From NCBI RefSeq assembly GCF_009914755.1, contig NC_060938.1: a stretch of DNA of 64,000 nt. The stretch is one strand, 5' to 3'. The stretch comes from the human T2T-CHM13v2.0 reference genome, Homo sapiens. The notes below the pieces were generated by a model. It saw nothing but the letters and a program-made list of their open reading frames with translations. It was not told the DNA's origin and ran no database searches. Of this stretch, positions 1-12,216 are shown piece by piece. A program made the position numbers and the translations under genes. Every line of letters begins with the position of its first letter. Positions within the stretch are counted from its first letter, which is position 1.

Positions 1-2063
1 TCCTTGGGATCCACCCAGGCACAGGAGAACATAACAATGCTTGGAGGGGTTCTAACCTAGGACTTCAGAAAGAATTCATTGACAAAGACTGAAGCTTAAC
101 TCTAGGAGGGAACTGTATTGATTTCCTTAAACATACTAAGGAATGGCAATTCAGTAGGACTCTGCTGTCCCCTTCCAGCCCCTCCTCAGTGAGGACCTGG
201 TGGGGACACTCAGCCAGAGTGTGAAAGGAACAGCTTCAGGGCCCTGCTCAAATGTGTCTGGGAGCTGTCACTTTTTCCATGCCTCTTTCTCGGGTGTTGT
301 ACGTCCTCATTTGAGACTTTTAATTCCTACATTCTTGGTCTTTGCCTCTCTGAATGCTTGAAGGTCACACTTAAGTACAGCCTTTATAGAACCTTTTGTC
401 TGATATGCAGAATATTGACTGCATGCTGGCTGTGTCTGTCTGTCTGTGCCTCTGTCTTTCTCTAGCCAGGGATTACAGACTGCCCATGGGCTGAAATCAG
501 CCTGCAGACCAGTTTTGCTTTGTATGCAGCATGGAATAATGCTTTTGAGGTTTTCCAACTTGAGCTCTTCAGACAGGGCAGGGTTCTCCAGTGTCCCACA
601 TCCCCTGTTGTCTGAATTTCCTCTGAATTCACACCTCTATGCCTCCTTCTCTGGCCTCAGTTTGCAATCCTGAATCTGAGCATTTGTCCCATGTGTTTAC
701 TGGGCAGTGTGCAGTGGCCTTGGGGGAGACTTTGAAACATGTTTTAATGAGAAGGATCACTTCTTTACTGGAGTCAAAACTGAAAATACTTTCCCTTCGT
801 GGAATACCATACAGGCGTCTCTCTTGCACTGTTCAGCATCCCATCCTACTCAGTGGCATTCCCACTCTAGGTTTTGGGTAGTACAGAGTCTCACTGCTTT
901 GGGGAGCTTTTGGGGGCATGGTGGAGAGAGAAATCTCTTCATTTTTTCAATTTGTTTGGATCAGAAGATTAGCCTGCTTTCAGGTAATAGGTCTACTTTT
1001 AGTGATGCCTACAGTTCCCTGAATGCCCCCCAAAAGTTAATTTCTGGTGTCACTGTTAATCCTTACAGTCAAAATTTCCTGGGAATTGCTATTGGGGATC
1101 TGTAGCTGTGCTGGAGATAGGGGCATGGGTAGGGGAGGACCATCAGTTTTGGATCAGATGGACTTGGTTCTGCTGCCTGTCCTTCCTTGCTGCGTGACCT
1201 TAAGCAATGGTTGCCTTATGTGTAAAACAAGGGGCTAATGATACCTAAACCCAGGGTTGCTGCAAAGGTTACATGAGCTTATGCACACAAGCACACACCC
1301 ACAAAGTGTAGCATTAGGATCTGATGCAGACTATGTTCCCACCCACTTGGGAAGGAAATCCGTGCCCCATTTACTTCCATGTACTTGGTGGTGAATCATC
1401 TAAAAGATACTGGAAAAATGTGATTACAGATGCCCCCTTTCTCGGCCATTGCTTCAAATCCTAGACAGCTATTGAACGTCACCGGATAGACGTCATATTC
1501 TAGGAGGGTGTCAAGTACATACAGGTCTGTGTTTCTATGTGCTTTTTGTAGGAGCTATCAACTATAAAGCTGTGGGTATGAGAATTTCAGGGCAAGGTCG
1601 GGAAGGTGTAGGAGGGATTCACTAACTCTGGGGAAAGTGTGTGCTGCTTTGTCAGTTTCCTGTTCGCTAGGCCACAGGGAATATGTTGGCTCTTTCTGAA
1701 TCTGCCCACCAGAGCCAATGTCATACCTTTTCCCAAGCCACTGCTTGAGGGTCCAGCTAATTGATGCCACCGCATTGCCTCTCCTGGTGAGGACCGACTG
1801 TGCCATGGGGGTGGTGGCTGTGGGCGTAGACAGCCCTGTTCATGGGCATGCACACTGCCATGGGTGCTCCATGGGAATGCTGGTAGATAGCAGAACATGG
1901 ATCAGGAGTTCTACTCTCCAGGATAGCATGACCCAGCCATGGGCTCAAGGAATTGCTCTTTGGGATATGTTTGAAACTCATCCCCTACTCTGGCCGATTC
2001 TTTCAGTACAGATACAGAAATGCAATGAGAACCTTCTCCCTGTAGTTCTGTTAAGATAAATGA

Positions 2064-2374
<311 letters not shown>

Positions 2375-4069
2375 TTAATGTTTATAAGGTGTTTCTAGGT
2401 CCCAGGAAAAAGAAATGTTTTAAAAGTAGATTGTATATGCTACTTGTTATTAATTTCTTATCTCTAGAGATTGAATGGTAAGAGCCAGGGCCAGCATTGT
2501 ACATTGTCAGACAGCATTGCCCCTGTCGTCTGCCTTTTCCTCCTGTTACTAGGAGCTTGTTAGGTTTGGTCACCAGCCTGATGACCTGATCAAATGTTGC
2601 CTGTCAACTTGGAGTGACTGTGGTTGTTTATTTTGTTATTTATTCACCAATAAATTGAGTTGGTTCACTCTGTGTATTTTTACAGCATTTGGCCTTTTCC
2701 CAAATATTTGCCTTAGTTTATTAAATTAGCTTCTCAGTTATAAGTTAAAGTGTGTGTTGACTTTTATGATTTTAATTTTACAGGCTTGGTTGGCTTTGAA
2801 TGACCAGATGGCATCTCTTGAGTCTGTGAGCAGGTTTTGTTTCACTTAGGACTTCACCCCCACCCCGTTCTTAAAAATGGTGATATGTTAAATCCACTTT
2901 AAATCTAGTATTTGATTATTAATTAAAATATCTCTTATGCATTTTGAAGGTAAAATTACAATTTTGTTCCATGTGAAATGGGAGCATGGGTTGACAAACC
3001 GTTGATTAACTTGAGTGGATTTGGGTTAATCTTTTTACTCTGCTCCATGCTGCCTGCCTGTAGGGTAATATAAATCCGTTGGGCTGTTGCTAGGCTCAGC
3101 TGCTTCTGAGTAGTTTGACAGGTTTCATCCTGTTAAAGGCTCTTTTTCTCTAGGCCCTAGATTCTAGGGGTATTGGGGTGATGCTGGTGAATGGAGTCTA
3201 ACTGCGTATTTGCTTCTTGCTTCCAGCACCAATTGTGGCCAATGGAGTGAGGCAAAGAGCACTGGTGTGGCTAAATTACTCCTTCTGCAGTCCCCAGCAT
3301 ATTATTGGATGCTCTTTTTCCCTCTCCCAGAGCTTTCCTTATCTTCTAATTTCAAAGATAAGCGTTACCTGTAGGCAATGCACCCGACCTCTATCCCTGT
3401 TGTGGTAGCTACACATAAACATAGCCATCATGGCCAGGTCCCTTGGGTGGTCACATTTCCTACTGTTCTGATCACCTTCCACTATCAACACTGACCAGTG
3501 TGCCTGGCTAATTCCAAACCGTGCGAATGGCTGTGTTGCCTGGGCTCATGAAGCCTGTCAGGAAGAGCTGTGGACAGATGATTTTTGAAAATGAGGGTGA
3601 TTGCAAAGGGACAGAAAGTATGAGACATCGTGGATGCTGTCTTTTCCTTAGGCCTTCAGTCATTTGAAGTCAGGACTTCCAAGCCTGGATATCCAGTGGG
3701 CTTCTGGGGAAAGTGGATCAGAGCTCAGCAAGGATTGAGCCCCAGCGACTTCCAACAAACCATCCCATCCAACAGAGGCTGTCTTCACTATGCAGACCTT
3801 TGAGCCACCTCAGAAGACACCAGCCTTCATGCTCATCCTTTACACGTCTCTTTGGTTCATGTACCAGTCCCTTGTCCTCCTCGGTGACCAAGATAGGAAT
3901 GGTGTCAACGGATGATTATGGCATGACATAGAGTAACTCTTTGCATAAAAGAGTGGACAGGGCAGGCACTTAACACTTGAGGACCCCTGTTCCAGTCAGC
4001 CACAGATGTATTTATTAGGCCTTAAACTGATGGGATGGTTCTTGGATTTTTCAGTTTAAAACCTATAGG

Positions 4070-4990
4070 GGGACTTTACTTTTGGCCAAATGCTGAAACA
4101 AGTATTGGATTTATCTTCCCATGTGAAAAACAAAATATGGACAAAATAAATGAAACAATGATTTGTAAGACACTGGATACATCAGACAACAAAGGCCAAT
4201 GATTCCTGAGAGATAGGAAACAAATGAGGTGAGACCTCTGAGTTTTTTCAAACTGCCTTAAAAGAGTTTCCAAGCTATAGCACAGGAAAAGGGAACCATG
4301 TGGAGCCCAGCAGACTCCCTCAGTTGAGGATTGGATCTGAGAGTCCAGAGAGACTAAGGCCACTAGAGATCATGGGATACAGTACTAGAGAAGAGACAGC
4401 TGCACCAAGACATAACTCTGGAGGTGTACAAAGTTCTGAGAACTGATCAGTGTAAAGAAGCTGCCTGAGTCTGGGGAAAGCACCATTCAAAAGGAGCAAA
4501 GATAACTGTTTCTGGTGCTCACACGGGGCCAGAAATAGTGCTTCTGCCACCAACCAGACTGGAAAACTTCAAGAGTCATGGAGCATTGGGTAGAGTAGAG
4601 TACATAGAAGGGCCTTGCTTGCTTAGTGGGGAATAACTAACCCAACTGAGCATGGCTTTAAATCTAAAAAGCAAGATCTGATAGGGCCGAACTATTTCTG
4701 AGTAACTTAGCTGTGTCCCAGATCAAAGCTGATTTTATAGAAATACAAAACTATCACTCAATAGGCAAAAACCAGTGTCTGGCATCCAACCAAAAATTAC
4801 CAGATGTACAAAGAAGCAAGAAAGTACAACCCATAATGGGAGCAAATCAACCAATCAAAACTGACCCAGAATTAACGCAGATGTTACAATTAGCAGATAA
4901 GGACATTAAAATGGTTATTATAACTATATTCCATATGTTAAGCAGAAACATACTTGTCTTTAAAAAGACAAGTAGAAAAGTGAAAATGGA
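4070..4990 (+). mobile_element. Old L1 (L1M-type) 5' region / ORF1 start remnant
   Basis: A-rich; aaaaattaccagatgtacaaagaagcaagaa...cagatgttacaattagcagataaggacattaaa resembles L1M 5'/ORF1 consensus. Confidence 0.7.
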
Positions 4991-5399
4991 GAAAATAAAC
5001 AAAAAGACCCCAATTGGATTTGAAACATGGGTTGCTTTTCTATGACTCCATCCTTATGTTACTTCAACCGAACCCATATGACCTGAACCTGGCCCCTGCT
5101 AATTTATCTGAACCATAAGCTCCTACTTACCTTCTCAGTGCTCTCTCTAGCCCAGACTGTGGGGTCATCCCTGCAGTGCTAACTCAGTGATGCCCAGGGG
5201 TCACTTGACCCTTTAATCTTCCTTCATGCCTGCTGTGCCAATGCCTGACCTGAGCAATCATCTCACAGATGATTGGATGTTGCTGGCTGGACCCATGGCA
5301 TATAAATTTTTGGCATTAAGCAGATACTTAGCAAAAACGGAAGCATTCTTCTTGTGTTGGTTTCTCAGCAATTCTAAAACTTTTACACCTGAAAGCCCC

Positions 5400-6900
5400 T
5401 TCCCACTTTTTTTCCCACTCATATTCTCTTTCTCTTACTCTGCTGAAAAAATCCTGCAAGATCTGCCATCTTTATGTGCCTGCTGTCCCTCAGTGTGGCC
5501 ATCTCTTTTCTTCCTTTCTGCTGGCTGCCAGGGAACCTCTCTTCCTACAGAAGCTACACCTTTTCCTGGGTGGATCCATCCTCTCTGGCCTCTTAACACA
5601 TTCTCACATGTTCATTTACCTGGACTGACCACACTTTGTTTAGTCCCTTGCTCTCCTTTGGCTGCTTCTCCTGTGGTGATTTAAACAGAAAAAAAAAATT
5701 CTTCACCTGATCATAGTATCCTCAGCTACCATCCTATTTCTTTCCCCCCTTTGCAGCCAACTATCTTGACAAACGTTTTGTATCTGCGTCTCACCACCAA
5801 CTTTCTACTCAGCTCCTGCTTCGCTCTTGCCCAGACACTTTCTAATTACAAAGTGTACCTCTCCTTTCTCTGCAATCTTTCGTGTGACCGTGATGCTGCA
5901 TTTGGTTCTGTTTCATGTTCTCCCTTTGGGCACCTCAAACGACTGCAAACCCTTGGCCTCTATTCTGAGTGGTGGTCCCCAGCACCCCAGCTCCTTTTCT
6001 CCCATTCCCTTCAGTGATGACAACCTTCATCATTTCTTTTTAAGCGCCCCCCCCCCCCCCGCCCATGTACCCTGTGCCTATATTCTAAGCAAGTGGCTTA
6101 GATCCTACTTAATCTGGAAAATTGCATCAGGTGTGAGTGACTTCCCTCAACTACACTGACTTTATCTGCATTCCCACCCATCCTGAGTCCTTAGCCTCTG
6201 TTCCAGAGGATAGTTGTCATTGCTTTTGCTAAAGACCTGTGCTTCCTCACGAACTTTGCTTCCCTTTCTTTAACTTCTCCATTTCCTTCTCTCATTTTCT
6301 TTCTCTGATCTGTAAACATGGCCAGGCCTCCTCCTCCTAAAAATCTCCTTGGGTACTTTCTAATTTGTCTCCTTTTTTTCATCCGGATATGTTGAGAGTA
6401 CAGCCTACATACTAATTCTTCACTTCATTGCCTTCTATTTTCTCTTCCAGCTGCTACTTAAGCTCTCTGGCTTCCCTCACCACTATTCTGCTCAAGTAGC
6501 GCTTGATAAGGTCACTGAGGGCATCTATATTGCCAAATCCAGTAAGCAGTTTCCAGGCCCCATCTTATTGGACATCTCTGTTGTGTTTGGCAGTGCTCAT
6601 CACTCTTCCACCTCAGAGCCCACACTTTTTGACTTCTGCAACTCTGAAGTCTGGATCATCCCATTCTTCCCTTCTCTTCCTTTCTCGTATCTTTGGGCTT
6701 CTCTACCACCCTCTGCAGTTTGTATCCTTGGGGGATCCATCTTCAGCCCGCCGCTGTCCCCATTCACATCTCTGGTCATCTGTTTCAGTCTGGGATTTCA
6801 CTCTGCCTGTTGCTCTCCACTCCTCCGTCTATATCTGCAGCCCAGGTCTCTCCCCTGAGTTCCAGCTTCCTGTGTCCAGTCGTGTGCTGGGCACTCTCAA
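5400..6900 (+). mobile_element. L2 LINE ORF2 (RT) remnant
   Basis: ccaaatccagtaagcagtttcc...cttattggacatctctg; the translation LDISVVFGSAHHS...ILGGSIFSPPLS resembles the L2 RT motifs LDLSAAFDTVDH and GVPQGSVLGPLLF. The 5' boundary is uncertain. Confidence 0.75.
6047..6060. repeat. Poly-C run (C14)
   Basis: 14 consecutive C. Confidence 0.95.
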
Positions 6901-6916
6901 TGGGCTTCATTTAATC

Positions 6917-7213
6917 TTTTTTTTTTTTTTTTGAAATGGAGTCTCACTCTGTCACCCAGGCTGGAGTGTAGTGGTGTGACCTTGGCTCACTACATCCTCC
7001 GCCTCCCAGGTTCAAGCTACTCTTCTGTCTCAGCCTCCCTGGTAGCTGGGATTACAGGTGCCCACCCTCATGCCCAGCTAATTTTTGTATTTTTGATAGA
7101 GTCGAGGTTTCACCAGATTGGTCAGGCTGGTCTTAAACTCCTGACCCCAAGTGATCTGCCTGCCTCAGTCTCCCAAAGTGCTAGGATTACAGGCATGAGC
7201 CACTGTGCCCGGC
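6917..7213 (-). mobile_element. AluS, full length
   Basis: Poly-T then Alu consensus; TSD atgggcttcattta(a/t)tc at 6900-6916 and 7214-7230. Confidence 0.95.
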
Positions 7214-7230
7214 ATGGGCTTCATTTATTC

Positions 7231-7420
7231 TTTTTTTTTTTTTTTTGAGATGGAGTCTCACTCTGTTGCCCAGGCTGCACTGGCTAAGTTTTTTGTATAT
7301 TTAGTAGAGACGGGGTTTCATCATGCTGGCTGGGCTGGTCTTGAACTCCTAACCTCGTGATCCGCCTGCCTCAGCCTCCCAAAGTGCTGGGATTACAGGC
7401 ATGAGCCACTGTGCCTGGCC
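7231..7420 (-). mobile_element. AluS with most of the right arm deleted
   Basis: gcccaggctg joins directly to ctggctaagtttttt; flanked by catttattct / catttaatct. Confidence 0.9.
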
Positions 7421-8309
7421 CATTTAATCTTTCAGTTAGCAAACATGCATCTTCTGTCCCCACACTCTTGAATATGAAATGTTGAATATAATGAATAAAA
7501 GCATTCCCCCTCTGCCAAGCACCATACTATCCTGATTCTGTTTCTATCCCTTTGTCCTTCCTCTGTTTCCTTCCTGGGCTCTTGTGTTCTTCACTATCTT
7601 AGAAGTGGGCGCCCATTCTCATAGGGCCTTTCATCTGCAGGGACACTCTCAGTGGTTACCTTCAGGCCCCATTTTTCCTGTGAGCCCTGGTTCTGTGCTG
7701 TCTTTCAAACTCCTCTGGCTCAGACCCCAGTTGTCATTTTCCTCCCATATCAGCACTGTCTTCACTCCATTTCTGTCATTGCCTTCTTCTGAACACTGAA
7801 GCTTGAACACACACATTTTCCCCACCTACACATTTTGTCTTTCCTACTAACTTAAAAGCAATTTGAAGTGTGTGTTCTATTGTGTACCTGTGCACCTCTC
7901 CCTCCCCAACATGGTGATATGTGAGGGTATAAAGTGAGGCAAAGAAAAGGCAAAAAGATGAAGTTCCTGTCATTTCCCATTTTAACAAGAGTTGCAGAGG
8001 GTCCCCCTACCCCCCATCTCCCACAGCAACTTTGACATTAAGTGATCACTTCAGGGGTGGTATTTGTGGAAGAGGTTTCACCCACACTTCCATTTCCTTA
8101 GGAGAGCTGAGGAAGGGGGTTAGCCATTGAAGGATGAAGATATGTAATCAATTTAATGAGGACTGTCATTTGGGGATTTTACAGGAATTTTTGACAGCAT
8201 TTACTTTAGGCTACACTATGTGGAATCTTCCTTTCCCTTTGGGTAGTGGATCCCTTAATGCCATATTTGTCTGGTTCCATATCTTTCCTGTCACCTTCAG
8301 TTTTTTAAA

Positions 8310-8671
8310 AAAATTGTGATAAAATGCACATAAAAATCTACCTTCTGAACCATTTGTAAGTGTATAGTCCAGTGGTATTAGGTACACTCACATTATTGTA
8401 AAACCATCACCACCATCCATCTCCAGAATTCTTTTCATATTGCAAAACTGAAATTCTATACCCATTGAATACTAATTCTCCATTCCCTCTCCCTCCAGCC
8501 CTTAGCAAACACCATTCTGCTTTCTGTCTCTATAGATTTGACTACTCTAAGTACCTCCTATAAGTGGAATCATACAGTCTTTATCCTTTTGTGATTGGCT
8601 TGTTTTGCTTTGCATAATGTCTTCAGGGTTCACCCGTGTGGTAGCATGTGTCAAGATTCCCCTCCCTTGCC

Positions 8672-8712
<41 letters not shown>

Positions 8713-9095
8713 TTTTTTGAGACGGGGTGTCACTGTCACCCTGGTTGGTGCAGTGGCATGATCTTGGCTCACTGCAACCTCTGCCCCGCCCCCGGGCTCA
8801 AGCCATCCTCCCACCCAGCTTCCTGAGTAGCTGGGACTACAGGTGTGCACCACCAAGCCCAGCTAATTTTTGTATTTTTTGTAGAGACAGGATTTTGCTA
8901 TTTGCCCAGGCTAGTCTTGAACTCCTGGGCTCAAGTGATCCACTGGCCTCTGCCTCCCAAAGTGCTGGCATTACAGGTGTAAGCCACCATGCCCAGTCAA
9001 TTTCCTCCCTTTTTAAGGCTGAATAATATCCCATTGTTAGTATAGATCACATGTTGTTTGTTTATTCTTCCATCAGTGGGTGCTTGGGTTATTCA
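8310..9095 (-). mobile_element. L1MB-like 3' end, interrupted by an Alu
   Basis: accatcaccaccatccatctccagaa...accattctgctttctgtctctat...aagtggaatcatacag is typical of an L1M 3' UTR. Confidence 0.85.
8674..8998 (-). mobile_element. AluJ nested in L1
   Basis: T-rich tail and ctcctgggctcaagtgatcc J-type diagnostics. Confidence 0.93.
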
Positions 9096-9975
9096 CTTTC
9101 AGTTTTAAAACAATCTCTTGTTAGTATTTAATATTGGATTTTGTTTATGTTGAAAACTTTGGTCTCAAACTCAGTTGAGATCTCCTTGGCATATATCTCC
9201 CAGCTTGGCTCAGCTGCTGGGCGTGAAGAAGATGATGAGGCCTTGTCCTGAGATACAACACCCCCTAACCTCTTCCCAGCTCTCCCTCCTCTCTCTTTCC
9301 TCTCCCCACCCCTGCTTCTCTCTCCTGTCCCTTTCCCCCTCCCCCAAGAGTGATAGTAAGTAAACTCACATTGTGGCAACACCCGTTGGAGTCTCCTGCC
9401 CTTAGCTTTCTGTTGGGGAGAGAATAGTCTGCCACCTGAAACACTGCATGCCCTCTAAGGCCAACACCCCTTTCCTTTCTCAGACTCATTCTGACTTTGA
9501 GGAAGTAGTCCAGAGTAGTGGAAGGGCTTAGCGGTCCTGTCTCCAGGAAGCCCTTATGGGAGGAGGCTCTCAGAACTTAAATTGTGGGGTACTTTGTGCC
9601 TTTGTCCTCAGGTGAAATTCTGGGACAACAGGAAAATTGCCACCCAACATTGTTTTAACACTTAAAAATTAGAGGGGACCTAGACTGATATGATATTTAT
9701 AAGGGCTGTACATAGGAGCCCTGAAATTCTGTCTTCTCTCTCCATCCCTTTTTCAGTATCCTTCATACTTGAAGAGGAGGGGTTGGGGTCCAGTATAGAA
9801 TGGGATTTTAAAGTCCCTTTATTAATCATTATTTCCAGAGGCGAGACTGCTCCTTAAGGATAGACGTCTTTGAAAGGGCTTCCTTCCTGTTGTCTGGACC
9901 CAATTGCTTTACCACATAGAACCGTCATTACTTTCCCTCTTTTTGGCGGTCTTTTTTGAGCTCTCATTGTTGGTC

Positions 9976-10032
9976 TAACTGAAAGCACCTGATTTCTAGG
10001 GCTTTAACTGAAAGCACCTGATTTCTAGGGCT
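9976..10032. repeat. Perfect tandem duplication, 28-nt unit, period 29
   Basis: taactgaaagcacctgatttctagggct at 9976-10003 and 10005-10032. Confidence 0.95.
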
Positions 10033-11996
10033 GTCAGTGCAGCACAGCAGAGACTGCTCTTCAAATGGTCTGGCTTAGTGGTTTCTAACCCTTTTGATTA
10101 AGAAGACCACTGCTAAATTTCCCAGAGCCTCACCTAAGTGTTGTACTTTGTGTCTCTTTTGACTAATCATATACTTAATGACAAAAATTTGGTAAATTAG
10201 TGAAGCCTTTAATTGGGCATATTTTTAATTTATGAAAGTATATCGGCACTTGTGCATATGTTAGGCTTATTTTTCATTCGGAGACAGTGCTTGGTGCATT
10301 GTAGATTTATGGTTCCTTATAAGGAGTCCTCCTTCTGTCTTTGAAGTCTTAGACACACAGCTTGGGAATGGTCCTAATAGACTGTTTCCTTTAAAAAAAG
10401 AAAGAAAGAGGAGCCTGTAGTGTGATTGAATCTCTATCTGACAAGGCTTAACAGTCTAAATGAAAACATCTAGGTTGAAAGTGTGTTTGTGTTTGCAGTA
10501 CATTTGTGTATGAGGGTTTTTGTGGATGTTTTCAAGGACTGATGAGGAAGCCACACATGGGTTATTTCTCTACTGAAAGGGTAGAGGCCAGGTCATCTGA
10601 CCTACTGATTAAACTTGAAAAGGGAGAGTGTGTCTTTTGCCATCTCAAAGGCCAGCTGTTTATTGAATTTCTCCACCCTGCAATTGTCTTACATACGGAA
10701 TAGTTCCTGGAGAAAGATCTAACATCTGCGCAGGTCTATCCTGTTCTGTGGCTGTGTTTACTAAAGTGAGTTCTGCGCTTACATTCACACACTGCAAACT
10801 GCACGTACGATGTAAGTGTACTTGTCATGTAGAGTTTTACCAAAACTATATTAGATTATACTCTGAAGCATGTTTTGCATCTGACAGGTCGAGCTCATTC
10901 ATTCAGTATTAAGTCCCTCATGGGCCAGGCTCTAGCCTGTGTCCTGGTGATAAGGAGGTGAATGTGACAGAATTCCTATTTTCAATAAACTCACTGTCTG
11001 GAGAGGAAGGTGATCATCAAAATAAATTTTAGCACGATGTGTAATGATTAATGCACAGAGGATCTTTGGAATCTCCAGGAAGAAGGCCTGACAACCTCTG
11101 GATGAAGGATGGGATGGAAGATAAAGTGGACTTAGAGAGATGTATCGTGTGGCTCTGTCTTTATCCCTGGAAAGGTTAGCCTAAGCATGGGGTAGGTGCT
11201 GGTTTCTTTTGCTGAGAAATGTCTCAGAGAACCTCAGAGTAGCAGGAGGCCTTTGTGATAGATTGGCCAGCAGTTTTTATTTCCCTGACCTTTCAGCATC
11301 AAAAAGTGCCAGTTGGACCCTGGGTTTTGCCTTGGAATTAGTAAATAGATAGTTCAACAGCAATGGTTGAAAAGCCTCTTGGAGTCTGTCCCATGAGAGT
11401 AAGGATGTTAATTCTGAAGCCTGGGCCATTTTCCATCCTGGGAATTATACTCTGCCCCTTCCTAAATTCCCATTGTGGTTTCAAATGAAGAGGCCATTGT
11501 TCACTTTCCTTCCTAAAAGAAGCAATATATTTAACTTCTGGCTCTTTGCCTGACTGATGGCGAGTTGATCTCTCTGAAGCCAACACCCGTGGCTTCCTAT
11601 CAAGAGAAACACTCTGCCTCCATCTGATTTCCTTCTTGGGTTGAAGTTATTTAGATCCTACACTGGCTCAGTAGGAGGCTTGCCTGCCGTTATGTCCTAC
11701 TAGGTGGTGACAGGGCCCTTGATTCCCTCCCTGTGTTTAATAGAAATAAAAACAGAGTCTTAGCGCTTTAGGGCAGCTAGTTGTTCTCCCAAAGACCTAT
11801 TATAGGAATTTAAAAGCAAATGTCTGATGTGAAAATCTATGCTATTTTAGGGACTTTGAAGCACAACACAAAAGAGTATCACTTTGTTGAATAGTTTGGG
11901 TCCAGGCAGGTGTCCTAGAGCAGAAGTTTTCATTTATTTTTAAGCAACAAAATTCTTTCTTTCCCAAATGAAATCTCCTACAGAATCCAAATACTG

Positions 11997-12216
11997 AAGG
12001 GTTTCTCAACCCCAGCATGCTTGGTATTTTGGGCCAGATAATTCTTGTTGTAGAAGCTGTTGTGTGTGTTGGAAGATGCTTAGCAGCATTCCTGGCTTCT
12101 ACCCTCCAGATGACATAAGTGGCACCCACATTCTCTAGTTGTGACAACAAAAATGTCTCCAGACATTGCAAAATGTCCACTGGGGAGCAAGATCACCTCC
12201 AGTTGAGAATCAATGC
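11997..12216 (-). mobile_element. MER20 (hAT-Charlie DNA transposon)
   Basis: ttctcaac...gttgagaa terminal inverted repeats; internal gttgtgacaacaaaaatgtctccagacattgc matches MER20. Confidence 0.9.

Noticed and set aside
6568-6858. ORF with faint reverse-transcriptase motifs
   Set aside because: An L2 fossil with degenerate catalytic residues and no intact YxDD.
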